DNA of 64,000 nucleotides, taken from the NCBI GenBank assembly GCA_965644315.1, contig CBFFRQ010000006.1:1-64000 (forward strand). The letters run 5' to 3'. The DNA is from Caecitellus pseudoparvulus (lineage: Eukaryota; Protista; Bigyra: Bicosoecida). Under the pieces are notes generated by a model, which was given only the letters and a program-made list of their open reading frames with translations, had not been told where the DNA came from and ran no database searches. The translations under genes and the position numbers were made by a program. Shown one piece after another: positions 37,219-50,487 of this stretch (the first letter of the stretch is position 1; every line of letters begins with the position of its first letter).

Positions 37219-40200
37219 TTACCCTAACACTTGCCCACTAACAACCTCGCCGTCATCCGAGTCATCTTCCTGCACTTTGGCCTCTGGCGCTGCTTCAGGG
37301 GCGGAGTCAGCGGGCGCAGCCTGAGCTGCAGCGTCAAAGACACTGTCACTGTCCATGGCCTGCATGTAGTCCAGGCCGTACTTTCGGGGATCAACACTGA
37401 CACTTTGTAGCACCCCCATCAGCTTGCGCTGCTGCTCAATGAGTGTGTTTACCAGCTGTGCTTCCACGTACTTCAGTTCCTCCTCCTTCTCGACGCGCTC
37501 GTCCTCAGCAGCTTCCATCTGTGCTTCTGCAGCAGTAAGCTTGTCCTTCTGCTCAGACACTTTGATGATCATGGCGTCCATGTCGCGGTCCACGCGTTTC
37601 TTCTTGCGGGTCAACGCGACGTTCACCTTGCCATCTTGCAGGATGCTCTGCCGAGATAGCTCTTGCATCTCGATTTCAAGCTGGCGAATCTGCCCTTCCA
37701 TGAGACCCATACCCTTTTGGAGGTTCTCGTGCTTCTCTTGGAGGGCTTGCTTTCGATCGTACACTTCGGCCAGCTCGTTCTGCAGCACCGTGCTCTGCAC
37801 CTTGTGCTCCAGCAGCAGCTCCCGCTTGTGGGCCGTGAGGGTTTCGAACAAGGACTGCTGCATGAGCAGCAACTCGTGCACGCGGTCCTTTTCGTCCTGC
37901 AGTTGCCCTTCGAGGCTCTCCACCTTTGCCGCCCACTCAGCCTCCAGGCGCTCCAACGCCTGGGCACGCTCATTGTCCTTGCGCTGCACCATGTCCCTGA
38001 ACTTCTTCAAGTCATGCGCAACGACGTGCACGAGCTTCAGGCCTTGCAGCACGCCGGCCTTGCGGAGGTTCTCGATCTCCTTCCGGAGCTTGAAGGCCAG
38101 CTCATCCTGGGCCTCCAGCTGCTCCCGCAGCTCTGCGCACTCCTCCTCCGTCAAGTCACGCTCTTCCCGCAGCTTGTTCATGGCGCCCTCAATGCTGCCG
38201 AGTAGCTTCTCGCTTTCCTCCCGGAGCTCCTCCATAGCCTCTTCCTGCTCTTCCGCGGCCTGTCGCCGCACGACCTCCACTGCCTCGGCTCGCTCGATGG
38301 CGGCCTTCTGCAGCGTGTCCTCGATGGAGGCAAGGCGCTCCTCCTCGGCCTGCTGCATGGCGCTCTCCAGGCGCAGCTGGGCAGCTTGCTCCGCTTTGTC
38401 CACAGCTTCGGCGATGCGTCGGTCCATTTCAGCAGCCATCTTGGCCCGCTCGGCCTTGGTTTCCTCCATGAACGCGTTCAGCGCAGCCAGGCGCTGCTGC
38501 TCCATTTCGTTCATGGCGGCTTCCATTTCGTCTGCGTACTGGGACCGGATGGATGCCATGGCTTCTTGGTGCTGCGCCTCCAGCTCCTGCTCGCGCTCCT
38601 GCAGGCGCTTCTCCCACTCTCGGTTGAAGGCGGCCAGCGCTGCAGCCTTCTCCGCCTCGGCAGCCTCCAGCGTTGACTGGATGGCCTGAGCTAGCTCCTT
38701 CGCATGCTGCGTCAGCAGCTTGACGCGGACGTCCTCCCCTTGCATGCTCAGCAGCTCCATGTTTTGGGCGTGCTGCTCCGTGAGTCGCGTCGCTTCAGCC
38801 TTGATGTCCATGACGGCGGCCAGCATCTCCGCTTCCTTCGCCGTGACCACCTCCTCCAGTCGCCGCTGCCAAATCGCCTGCGTCTCTGCCATGGTGTCCT
38901 TGGCAGTGGACTGGGCTTGCTCAATGGCGGCTTCTACAGCTGTTGCCTTCTCTTGGGCCCACGTCGCCTCTGCGTCCTTCAGGCACGTCGCATACTCCTC
39001 CTTCATCTTCTCCAGGATCTCAGTGGCAGCCTCACGGGCGGCGTTCACCTCAGCCCTCGCCCTCGCCTCTGCATCCGCGATGGCCTTCACTTTCTCCTCC
39101 ACGACTGCCTTGAGGGCGTTCTCCCTGTCAGTCAAGGCTTTGGAGAAGGCTGTCTCCATGGCGTCCCGGTGTTTGCTGGCCATCGTGGACACGACTTCGT
39201 CTTGCATGTTCTTGCTTTCCCGCTCGAACTCCTGGAACCGAGCGTCGTACTCTTGCCGCAAGTCAAGAATCTCCTCCTGTTTTGCCTGCTCCCACGCGTC
39301 CTGTGCGGCTTTCAGCTCGGCTGCGGCCTCTTTCTCCTTCTGCGCCGCGATGCGCTGGCCATGAGCCGCCCGGTCTTCCTCTGCCTTCACTCGCGCAGCC
39401 TTCAGCGCTTGTTCCTTGGCGAAGGCAGCGTCGTCAGCGGCTTGAGACATGCGAGCCTCAACACTGCCCAAAGCTGCGGCTCGCTCAGCTTCAGCGTCCC
39501 TTGCCAGCTGCTCCGCCGCGTCGCGGGCTGCCTTGAGCGCCTCTCGCTCGGCAACCCACTCTTCGCGCTGCGATGAGAAGGTGTCCGCTTGGCGTCGACT
39601 GTGCTCCTGCATGTCGGCCGCTCGCTTGTCCAGCTCGGCTTGCATGGCTGCTCGCGCTGACTCCAGCCCATCAGCCAGGAACGCCTCAGCCTGGGCAGCG
39701 GCCTCTGCTATGCGTGCTTGCACTGCAGCAGGGTCCAGGCGCTGGATGACGGCGAGAGCATCTTCCGTTTCCATGCGACTGCGCTCAATGTCCAACTGTG
39801 CGCGCAGCTGACCTTGTTTCGCATCCTTCAGCTGCGATGCAAAGGCGAGCTGGTCGCTTTCCACCCGCTTTTCCAGCCTCGTCGCCTCATCCCGCGCTTC
39901 CTGCAACAGGCGCGCCATTTCCGCGTGCTTTCCCCCGGCTTCCCTCGCTGCTCGCTGCAGTGCATCGGACACAGCTTCACGGACTGCCACAGCCTTCTCG
40001 GCTTCGAGAGACTCCTTCATCTCCTGCTCCGCGACGTGCACCTGCCGAGACACCTCCTCCAGAGCGGCAGCCTGCCGTTGCTTCGCCTCCTCCATGATGG
40101 CGGCAGACGCCTGGGCGGCACGGGCCATGGAGGCTTCATGCTCTGCGGTGAGGTCTTGCAGTTCCTTCTCGTGCCCAGCGCGCACCTTTTGTAGATTCGC

Positions 40201-43200
40201 CTGGTGCTCCTGTTCCAAAGCCTGCAGCGCCGCCTGCTGTGCAGCCTTCGCCGAAGCAGCTGCCTCGTCCATGTCCCTGCGAACGCGTGCCTCCAGTGCC
40301 GCGACGCGGGACTGCTCTGCCTCGCGCATCTCCTGACGTGCGTCTTGCACGGCAGCTTGGACCTCCTCGCTGAGACGTGCCTCGAATTCACGTTTGAGCG
40401 CCTTGCTGGCTGCAGTGTGTTTGTCCATGAGGCCCACAAGCTTGGCGTCGTGCTCGCTCTGCATCTCTCGGATCTGAGCATCGTACCGGTCTCGTAGCTC
40501 GCTGATTCGCTGCTCCGCCTCGCCCACAAGCTGGCTCTGCAGTGCACGGCGCTGGGCCTCATTCATCTTGCCCTCCTCTTGCGCGGATTGCAGCAGCATG
40601 GCTCGATCGCGGGCGTTCGCGTCTTGCAGCCGCCTGCGCTCCTCCTCCCACTCACGCTGCTTTTCAGCCATGGAGTCCTCCAACTGTTGCAGCTGCTGTG
40701 TAGTTTTCTGTTTCTCCTGTCGCCCTGCCTCTGCTCGCGCCCGGGCCGACGCCTTTGCCTCAGCTTGCGCCAGCTCAGCGGCCTGCTGCAAGCGCCCCAC
40801 CTCCGCTTGCAGCGCTTCCATCTGGGCCTTGCACCCCTCCAGAGAAGACCGCGTAGCTGACACCTCTCGCTGAGCCTCTCTGAGACGCTCCGTGGCTTGA
40901 TCAGCCGCTGCACGTGCCTCCTGCAGGCGCTGGCCAAAGCGGCGCTCAGAGGATGCGAGGCGTTCTTCGAGAGACGACCGCACTGCCGCTTCCCGGGCAG
41001 CGATCTCTTCTTTCACAGACTGTTCTGTGTCCCATGCCCCTCTCAGAGCAGCTGCTTCGCGCTCCTTGGCCTCGACAAGGTTGCCCTTCAACCTCGCAAT
41101 TTCACCTCGCAGCGCCTCCGCTTCTGCTGCTGCACGGACCGATGCAGCTGCGGCAGATGGACCCGAGTGCGCGTCCACAGTCTGCAGCAGTCTCTGTCGA
41201 TCCGATGCGGCTGTCTGTCGCGCCACCTCCACGACATTTTCAGCGTCCTCCATGACTCGTGCCGCAGTGCTGTCATATGCAGCCTTCAAGTCTGCCAGTT
41301 GCTGCTGGAACTGCCCTCGCATCGCTTCGATGGACTTGCTCGCGTGTGCACGTGCCTCCTCGAAGGCTTGCTGGCGCGCTTTTGCCGCCTGGGCGCTGTC
41401 TGTGTCGCCAACTGAGGAGCCGCCTGCGCTTCCCTCCGCGCCGGCTAGCGCCTCAGCTTGCCGCAACTGGAGCTGCAATTCTTGCACTGTGGCAGCATGG
41501 TCAGCGCGGGCTGTCGCAAGCTCCTGTCGGAGTTCGGTTCGGGTGCTGCGCAGCTCTTCCCTTGTATGCGCTAGCGTCACCCGAAGCGACGCTTCCCGGG
41601 CCTCTGCCTCAGCAAGAGCTTCCACGGCCGACGGGTTTGAGTCCCCGGTGGGTGCCCCCTTTCCATCTTGGTCAACTGCCGGCTTGGCGGTTTGTGATGC
41701 CTGGTGCAGCTGGTCTTGGTGGCGTGCCTCGAGGGCATCCAGCGCGATTGCGTGAACGGACTTCAGGGTCTCCTCAGCTCGCTGTACGCGTTTGTCTGCT
41801 TCAGCGCGCAGCTGAGCCCTCACTGCAGCTTCCCGTGCCGCTATTCTGTCTTCAAATTCTTGCTCCAGAGCAGCTCTCGCGTCTTCGGCCTCCTGCAACA
41901 CCTTCCGAACGTCGTGTTGAATACGCTCCTCCAGGTGTGCGCGCTCCTCGGCGCGTGCCATGTCCACCGCCTTCTCGCGTTCAACAGCTGCGCTGGCTAC
42001 AGCACTCCTGAGTTCTGCAGACAGCGTGTTTAACGCCTGGGATTTGGCGTCAAGGCTCGTCAGCAGTCGGATGCGCTCCTCCTGCATGGCAGTCAGCTGT
42101 GCTTGCACTCTGGCAGAAGCTCGCTGCTCGGCTTCCGCCCGTGCTGTGGCTACAATGGTTGGAATGTCCGCTTGCCCGCGCTTCGCGTCAATGCTTCGGG
42201 CCATGCGCTGGGTCTCCGCATGCGACTGCGCGAGGGCTTCTGCCACTGCGTCATCCCGGTCTTGCGCGGCGCTCCTGGTCGCGTCGGCCACTGCTTGCCG
42301 CACTTCTCGAGCCACCTCCTCCTTGGCATCAGCAGTGACCCGCTCCACAAGCGCACGAGCTTCCTGTAACTGACTGCTTAAGCTGGCGGCGTGCGTCTCT
42401 GTGCGTTCCTTGTCATGCAGTGCTTGCTGCAGCTCTCGTTCCAGGGCCCGTGCCTTGCGCGCTTCCTCCAGCACACCCTCATACCTGCGCTTCCACAGCG
42501 CGTCAAGCTGGCTCAAGGCGGCCGCTGTGGAGGCTTCAGCGGCTGCTCGTGCGCGTTGCATGTCGCTCCCTGCGTTCACCTGCAGACGGGCAACCTGTCG
42601 GGCAGCTTCCTCCTTTACAGTGGCTTGGGAGGCAAGAGCATGGGCCTTCTCAGCCGCCAGCACACGAACCTGGCGCTCTTGTTCCCGCAGAAGCGACAGC
42701 AGCCGCGCCTTGGAGGATCTCACTGACACGGGCGAGTCTGTGGCTTCTGGGGTGGCTGACGGACTGCTATCGGTGGCTTGCTCTGCTTGCCGCGCCTCCA
42801 CCGCGGCGATTGCTTTCGCGTGTGCCTCCTGCAGCTCCGCGAGTTGGCGCTCAAATGCCACTCTGGCGGCGTCGCTGCTGGCCTGGACACTCTCGAGTTT
42901 GCGTTGGCACTCGGCACGGAAGGCCTCTAGTGACGAAGTGTCAGCGCTGCCGGCCTCTTCAGCCTGGCGCTGTGCAGCAGCAAGGTCCGCTGCGTGCTTC
43001 TGCTCGCTTCTCTGCCGCTCCTCCTCGAAGTCTGCCCTGAGCTTGGCGTTGGCGTCCGTGGCGCGGGTGAGGTTGGCTTTGAATCCCTCCAGTCGCCCCT
43101 CTGTGTCAGCCAGTTGCTCGCGGGCGGCAGAGAGCTCCTTTTCCAGTCGGCGCACAGTGGCCATGGAACTGGCTGACGCAGACGAGTCGCCCCGCGCTGC

Positions 43201-45420
43201 CCCCACGCTTCCAGCCCGCAAGACCTCCATTTCTGCACGCAGGGCCCGGTTCTCTGCTACGAGTGCCTCTTTCACGGGACCAGCAGCCCCTGCACTGTGT
43301 CGGTAGCTCTCAGCTTCACGTTTGGCGTCCTCCAGCCTTGCGTTGGCGATGCGCAGGTCCGCTTGGCCTGCTGCGACTTCCTGCTGCAGCCGCCTCTGCT
43401 CTGATTCCGCCAAACTCAGCTGGGACTGCAGGGACTTGTTTTCAGCCCGGGCCCGACCCAAGTCTGCCTCTGCCCCCTGCAGTCCGCCGCCTGCCACGAG
43501 AACGGCTGGGGCACGTGTGGACGCCAGGGCGTCGTCTTCCCGTTGCAGCAGTTGCCCCTTCAGCCTCCTGCGCTCCTGCCGGAATTCCTCTTCAACACCA
43601 GCAAGGCGCTGGGCGAGTTCTTGCTTGGTGGCGCGCTCCATGTGAAGCAGCTCGTTGACCCGTTCCAGCTCAAGCTGAGCTTTGCGCAGTTCAGGGGAGG
43701 CCCCTTCCTCCCCCCGCTCTCCAGTTTCAGGCAGCCCGGCCGATGATCGCACGCGTGCCTTGACCTCGGCGATGAGGCGGGCGTTCTCCACTTCCAGGCG
43801 GTCTGCATGACTTTTCGCAGCTGCCTCTGCTCGTCTGGCTTGGGCCAGATCCTGTGTAGCGCTGCCGAGGTTCACTCTCAGCGTGGCCATGGTGTCTTCC
43901 AGCTCATCAAAGGCAGCCTTCATCCCCAGTAGCTCTTGTCGATGGGCATGCTGCAGCTCATCTACAGCCCGCTGTTTTGCTTCAGTCGTCTCAAGCCTGG
44001 CCTCTTCCAATCGCTTGGTGAGAGTGCCGACCGACTGCAGCAAGTCCTCGTTCACATTCCCTTGCGATGATGTGAGCGTCGAGATTTGTGCCTCCGCAGC
44101 CACCAGCTCTCGCTTCGCCGCAGCAAGCGAGGCTTGTAGCTGGCGAGCATTGTCCTGCTCGCCGCTCAGCTCTGCCCGGGTCTTCCTCAGCTTGCCTTTC
44201 AGCTTCTCTACCACCACCTCCATCTCCGCGGACTTGCCAGGCTCCGTGTACGAGGCAGCAGGCACAGCCTCCTTGCTCTCATGCGCAGGCCAAGCGGTAT
44301 TATCTCCAGGGTTGGAGAACAACTTTCTGGGCAGGGGGAGGGCGTCAGCACCCTCTGGCACACTGCCAAAGCCTGAGCCTACCTTCAACGACGAGTCATC
44401 CAGGGTGGCTGGGCCTAGGTGCTCCCGGGGCTGCGCGAGGAGGTCAATGTGCCCAGTGGTCTTGGGACCGTCGTGCAGTGTGGGCAAGTCTGTGCGGATG
44501 CCTGGCATGGGGGCAACGTCCTGTTCACCTTCTACTCGCAGCGCCGTGACGCCCAGCAGCCAAGGGCTGCCTGCTGGGTCAACTGCCCACTCGGTGTCAC
44601 AGGACACGATGCGCGCCTTCCACCTGCCCTCCAAGAAGACGATGAGACGCTTTGCTGCAGAGGAAATCGCGGATTGGGCCTTCTGCGTCACGCCTGCCCC
44701 ATGAAGAGGCTGCACCGTGGAGCTCTGCAGGGACCGAGGAACGAGGTGCGGACGGCACCGAGCACAGTCAGGCGGCCAACCCACCTCATTGGATCCAGTG
44801 ATAATCCACTCGTGCTTGAATGGTGTTGAAGACGGTGGTGGCTGGGTGCGTGTCTGCACAGGGTTCGAGGAATGCCTGTGGGAGCGTGGTGGGCAGCGCC
44901 TGCCGGGCGCTTGTCTCACCTGCACTGCCCCAACTCCGCGCAGCGCCCCTGTGTGCAGCTGTTTGAATACTGAATCCAATCCTTGTCCATCCACCGCCAC
45001 CGCATTGCCGTCCGCTAGGAACAGCACCGCCGCCTGTGCGTGGCAGCGGGGCGTGGGCGTGGGCACATGCACGACCTTTCGTTGACTCTGGCAAGCTCAC
45101 CACAGCCGTTCCCGGCGACACCCCTTTCATGAACCGGTGGCGCATCTTTCCAAGTGTGACCTGTTCATCTTTTCGCTTCATGACTGCCCCTGCTTTGTTC
45201 ACGGCCAGCCAGCGCTGCACTCTTGCAGTGCCGTTTGCATCCTGCGTTGGCCAGGAAACGGAGTGCCTTGCGCTCCACTGCAGTGCAAAGCCAGCGCACC
45301 CACAAGCTGCATGAGAATGGTGTCTGGCAGGTGAACCCTGCACCGTGGCTTGTTGCCATCACTCCACAGTGCTTGCAGCACGCGCAGGGCTGGTGCGGCA
45401 GTGGCGCCTGCCGCTGCCAT
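37219..45420 (-). CDS. Very large coiled-coil protein (~2,650 aa) with a small globular N-terminal domain; several 5' introns
   Basis: 2617-aa ORF dominated by E/A/Q/R heptad-like sequence. The upstream exons begin MAAAGATAAPALRVL at 45420 (inferred). Confidence 0.75.
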
Positions 45421-45701
45421 GGCTGGTGCTCCCTCCCCGCGTCGAGACCAGCGAAAGTCCACAAACAGCAAGGAAGGTGAAAGTTGCGGCAGGCACTTGG
45501 AATGTGGGCTCTTTCTATGCGCTACTTGGGCGCCCTTCTTCGAGATTTGGCCATGGTTTTGCATTGCAGCTGTTGTGGTCCTGGCTCGGCGTCTGGCCCG
45601 CACTTGTGGATTCCGGCTACTATATGAAATTCGGTGCTACTCCCCGGCCAGCGAATCACAGCCTGGTTTTTCGACCGCCTCTGTCCTCTCCGTCAGCCGC
45701 G

Positions 45702-46681
45702 ATGTCCCTCTCTGGCCGTGTGGCCCTCATCACCGGCGCGGCCTCTGGCCTCGGCCACGCCGCTGCCAAGCGCATTGTGCAGCAGGGTGGCGCAGCCGTC
45801 ATTGTCGACCTGCCCAGCAGCAATGGAGAAGCAGTGGCCAAGGAGCTGGGATCCCAGGCAGCGTTCGCGCCTGCAGACATCACGAGTGCCGATGACGTGC
45901 GTGGGCTCGAGGCAGGGACGGCGCTCAACTTCCGCACTCTGCTGGCTTGGTTTCGCAGGTCAAGGCCGCCATCCAGACGGCTGTGTCCCAGTATGGCACT
46001 CTGAACACTGTCGTTCAATGTGCCGGGATCGCCCCGCCCGCCAAGATTGTCGGGAAGAAAGGCGCTCATGACCTGGACTTGTTTGCCAAGGTGCGCTGGC
46101 TGGCGCAATACCTGCAGCTGGCCCAGCACCGCCACACCCGGCCTGCCCTCTGAACCTGTGCTCTCCCAGGTGGTGCAAGTGAACTTGATCGGCACCTTCA
46201 ACGTCCTGCGCCTGGCTGCCGAGCAGATGGTGTCGCAGGAGCCCCTGCAGAGCGGGGACCACGAGGAGCGTGGCGTCATCATCAACACGGCCAGGTATGA
46301 GCGCCCGTGTCCACCCCGCACGCCGCACTTGGACATCCTCACCCGCCCTGCATCCACAGCATTGCCGCCTTCGAGGGCCAGGTGGGCCAGAGTGCCTACT
46401 CTGCCTCCAAGGGCGGTGTCGTCGGTCTCATGCTGCCTGCTGCGCGGGAGCTGGCCAAGTCGGGTGTGCGGGTGAACACCATCGCGCCAGGGCTGTTCCG
46501 CACGCCCATGATGGCCGGCCTGCCAGACAAGGTGCAGCACGACCTGGCCGCGACAGTGCCCTTCCCCACCCGCCTAGGCAACCCTGAGTACTACGCCAGC
46601 CTCGTGGAGAGCATCATCTCCAACCCCTACCTGAACGGGGAGGTTATTCGCCTGGACGGCGCTCTGCGCATGTCTGCCTGA
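45702..46681 (+). CDS. HSD17B10: 3-hydroxyacyl-CoA dehydrogenase type 2 (SDR5C1-like), multi-exon
   Basis: [71 protein letters not shown] and [17 protein letters not shown]. Confidence 0.95.
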
Positions 46682-46696
46682 GGGTGCCGTGGGCGG

Positions 46697-46704
46697 AATG
46701 CATT
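46697..46704. terminator. AATGCATT palindrome in a 69-bp convergent spacer
   Basis: Lies between the stops at 46681 (+) and 46751 (-). Confidence 0.5.
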
Positions 46705-46750
46705 GCAACCACAGGTGACTCCGCCCGGGTGGCGTGACCTGCCGCACACG

Positions 46751-48401
46751 TCACTCCCCCTGCACAGTCACCCACCTGTGCCCCGTGCGCTCCACCACCG
46801 TGGGCAGGTGCGCACCCTTCAGCCCCACAGACGCCTCGTTGTTAAAGGGGTGGAACAGAAACGTCTCCTCTGCGCCAGCACCCACGATGGCCTCGTCCAG
46901 GGCCACGTTCACGCGCAGCGCAGTGTCGTTCATGAGGGCGAAGGGCGACACGTGACCCTTGGCGCTGCCCAGCTCCGCCAGCAGCGTCTTGGCGTCCCCG
47001 AAACGCACCACGGTCTTGCCGTACCCCAGCTGAGTCGCCAGCGCCTTCATGTTCAAGTTGGTGTCGTGGCGCAGGATGACTAGCCACATGCGGGAGTCGC
47101 CTTCCCTGAGCAGCCAGGGGGGGGGGGGTGGAATCGTGCGTTGTGGCGCCTGCACGTGAAACGCGCCACGCTGCACTCACGCCTTGGCCTTCTTGGCCTT
47201 CACGAACAAGTTCTTGCAAGGCACCCCTCCGAACTCAGCTGCCACCTCCACATACTTTGCCACCTGTGCGTTGCAAAGGGGGGAAGGGAAGTGTGGCGGG
47301 GGGGGTTGGCGTGCACAGCAAGCTTGGTGTCAGGCGAGCAACTCACATCGTCAGCAGCAGCATGGCTGAAGGGGCCTGTGATGGGCACAGACCACTTCTC
47401 CAGCTCCGTCTGCACCCTGCCGATGCCGTCAGGGGCAGTCGGAACACCCTCGGCGTTCGCTGAGCGCTGTTCCGGCGTGGCCACCACGCCATGAGGGTTG
47501 CCGCCCTCGGCACTGCCCCCTGAGGCGGCAGCAGCGACGGGCGCAGAAGGGGGTGCAGACACCGCCTCCTTCTTGGAGGCGCGCTCCTTCTGCCGCTGAT
47601 TGGCAGCCTTCTTGTACCCGGCGTTCAGGGCGATAGAAGCATCGGCCGCCGCGCCAGTCTTGACGGGGTCTGGGCGCTTGTCCACCTGGCCACCCTCGCG
47701 CACCCAGCCGCCCAGTGAGCAGTCCAGCTGCGCAAAGGCCGCCCCCAGAGCTCCGCACGCAAGGCCGTTCAGCCAGGCGGCAGTGTGGGGCCGCCCTCCT
47801 AGAAACGTCGCAGGGCCAAGCAGGGCCACTGCCTCGTACAGTGCCGCGCCAACTGCAAAGTCAGCCGCAGAGGCGCTGTCGCCCGCCAAGAAAGGCGTGG
47901 CGGCCAGGGCATCCTCAATGGTGGTCAGTGCCGCAGTCAGCTCTGCGCTGGGCGCAAAGGCCTTCTTCACAGCCAGCTGCGTGGCGTTGCCCGACACGCC
48001 CATGTTCGCCAAAGTCCGCAGGAGAGCGGCGTGGCTGCCCACAGCAGCGTGGAAGCTGAGGTCCTCGTTCAGGACGCCCGCAGCAAGGTCAATGAACTCG
48101 GAAACCTGCAAGGGGTCAAGATGTGGGTGTGGCAGTGCAGCTCTCGTGGCGTGGGCGCCGGCAGCTGCGCCGCGGAAATTCGCACCTTCTGTGCATCGCT
48201 GCCGGCGGGGGCAGCTCCCGCACACGCGGCCAGGGCCGCCTTGAGGCCCTCGTGGGAGTTGCCGCCCACCTCCAGCACAAGCTCACCGTCTCCAGCCGTG
48301 GAAGTGGCTGGCGTGCCTGCAGCCGCACACGCGGCCAGCACGGCTGCCTTGGGCCACTGGGCCGGGCCAGTCACCACGGCAGAGGGTTGCTCGGCAGCCA
48401 T
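46751..48401 (-). CDS. GST-like domain fused to a YbaK/ProX (PrdX, ProXp-ala-like) aminoacyl-tRNA deacylase domain, multi-exon
   Basis: GST-C-like LTTIEDALAATPFLAGDSASAADFAV...PHTAAWL. ProX-like KNLFVK, MWLVILRHDTNLNMKAL, LGSAKGHVSPFALMND and FHPFNNEAS. Confidence 0.82.
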
Positions 48402-48679
48402 AGCGGATGGGGGCGGTGCGGTCAGGGGGCACAGAGGTGGGTCAAGGAAGGGCCGACGTTGAGGTGTGGTGAGTGGGTGATTGAATTGTACACGGGTGCC
48501 TGGCAGTGCCGTGGCATGCTGTGCTGCTGTGCTGCGTTTGAGGCATGCGCACCGCAGCCGGCTGCGGCGTCGTCACGGTGCAAGTGCACCCCTGCGAAGG
48601 ACTTCGAATGCATGGTAGGTGCCTATGCAAGGTTTCCCGGCCTCCCAACCGCGCCACCTGCCCCTTGTGGTGCTCAGCC

Positions 48680-50036
48680 TCACCCGGTGGCCTTGGCAAC
48701 CGGCACAGCGGAAGACGGAATGACGTGCACACCAGCGTCCCGCACACGCTGCATCTCAGCATCCACGCCATCCTGCGTGATGCCCCGTGTCGCGTCCTCC
48801 ACGAAGAAAGTGTTGAAGCCTGCTGCCGCCGCGTCACGCGCCGTGAACGCAACGCAGAACTCCTGTGCAAGGCCGACAACAAAGACATCTGTGACGCCAG
48901 CACCCTCCAGCACAGCTTGCAGCTCTGTCTTTTCATGGGTGTGGCCCAGGGCGTCCCCGAAGCCCGAGTAGCTGTCGATCTCCGGCACAGTGCCCTTGCG
49001 CACGACGACGTCGGAATCGGCCACGGCCAGGTCGGGGTGAAATTCCGCTCCAACGCTGCCTTGCACACAGTGGTCTGGCCACATGACCTGCTCCCCCACA
49101 ATGGGCAGCGTCACGACGGAGAAGAGCTCAGCACCGGGGTTGTTGCTGGCGAAGGATTTGTGGTTGGGCGGGTGCCAGTCCTGCGTGGTGACGACCAGCT
49201 CCCACTGGCCCTGAGCTCGCAGGCGGTTGATGACGGGCAGCACTGCGTCGCCATCTGGCACTGCCAGCGACCCCCCCTCGCAGAAGTCGTTCTGCACATC
49301 CACGATGATGAGCGCCCGTGGCCCGCCGCGCAGCAGGGCTGCGGTGTCTGCCCGCGACTGCTCCAGCGCCAAGCTGTCACCTTCAGCAGCAGCCACGGCG
49401 CGAATGTACTCAGGCGTCCAGTCACACGTAATCCCGAACGAAGAGTTCACCTGCGCTCGTGGGAGGCGGGGGGGGGAGGGGTTGCAGGGGCCAGGTGGGA
49501 ATCGTGGCCAGGATGCTGCGCACCTCTTCCACAAAGGCCCACTCGGGACCCACTGCGATCCCCGCCAGAGTGACGATGTACGGCAGGGAGACGGTGTCCC
49601 TCGGCACACTGAGAAGCGAGGGGGTGCGTCGCTGTGCGCGGAACCGCAGCGGGCAAAACGCGAGGGAAACGCGGACCTGTGTCGCTCTGCAACCTCGGCC
49701 AGCACCTCGTCTTCCTTGTCCGCTTCAACTTTCCTGCATAGACAAGGGCATCGCTCAAGTCACTTTCCTTGCTCAGCACTGTGTGCATGTCCCAGCACGT
49801 GACACGGCCGAAGGTGCGCTTCGCAGCACGCACGTGGTGCGGATTTCGGTTTCGGGCAGCACCGTCTGGAGATTCGCTGCCAGCCGTTCCACGTGCACGC
49901 TGGCCGCAGTGGGGCGCGCAGGCAGCCACAAATGATAGCCTGGGGCCTGTACACTCGCAGCACCGGCTGTTGCGGCAGCTTGCACCTGCTGGCCAATATC
50001 CTCCACCACGCTCGCCTCACTGCTTGGAGCAGCCAT
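48680..50036 (-). CDS. PNC1: Nicotinamidase/pyrazinamidase (isochorismatase family) with an N-terminal extra domain, multi-exon
   Basis: ALIIVDVQNDFCEGGSL, TQDWHP, WPDHCVQG, RKG...DSYSGF and GLAQEFCV (D-K-C triad and metal ligands present). Three phase-compatible introns link an upstream exon starting MAAPSS at 50036. Confidence 0.9.
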
Positions 50037-50487
50037 GGCTCAATCAGCGCCTGCGAGCGCCGCGGTGGGGCTCGTCTGGGCGACGCAACGCCTCCAGAAA
50101 GCGTGCTCTGTCAACGGCCTTCCCTCGGGGGCGTGTTGCATTGACTCGGGGGCTGGCAAAGTTGCAGCGCAGGGGGTCTGTGCCGCTCAGTCGCTGAGTC
50201 CAGCCGAGCCCTGGCAGCGCACATGAGAAGCAATTGCGTTTCCAAGTCGCAAGGCTTTGCGTGCGATGCAAAGAAAACAACAAGCACCATCATGCAGTGT
50301 GGTGCAGAGGGCTTCGCAACGCTCCAAGCCTCGGGCTGCTGTGACCGCCACAGCTGAGAAAACCGACTCGACCTTGCAACGCAGCAACGCGGCAATGCAG
50401 CGCGGAGCTGGCCAGCCACACACACCAAACCTACCTTCTTGTAAATCAGCTGCGCCATGGTGTTGGTTTGGAAACCGTACTGTCCGC

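Noticed and set aside
37424-44704. Ser/Cys/Arg-rich plus-strand ORFs opposite the coiled-coil gene
   Set aside because: Antisense mirror of E/Q/A-rich codons.
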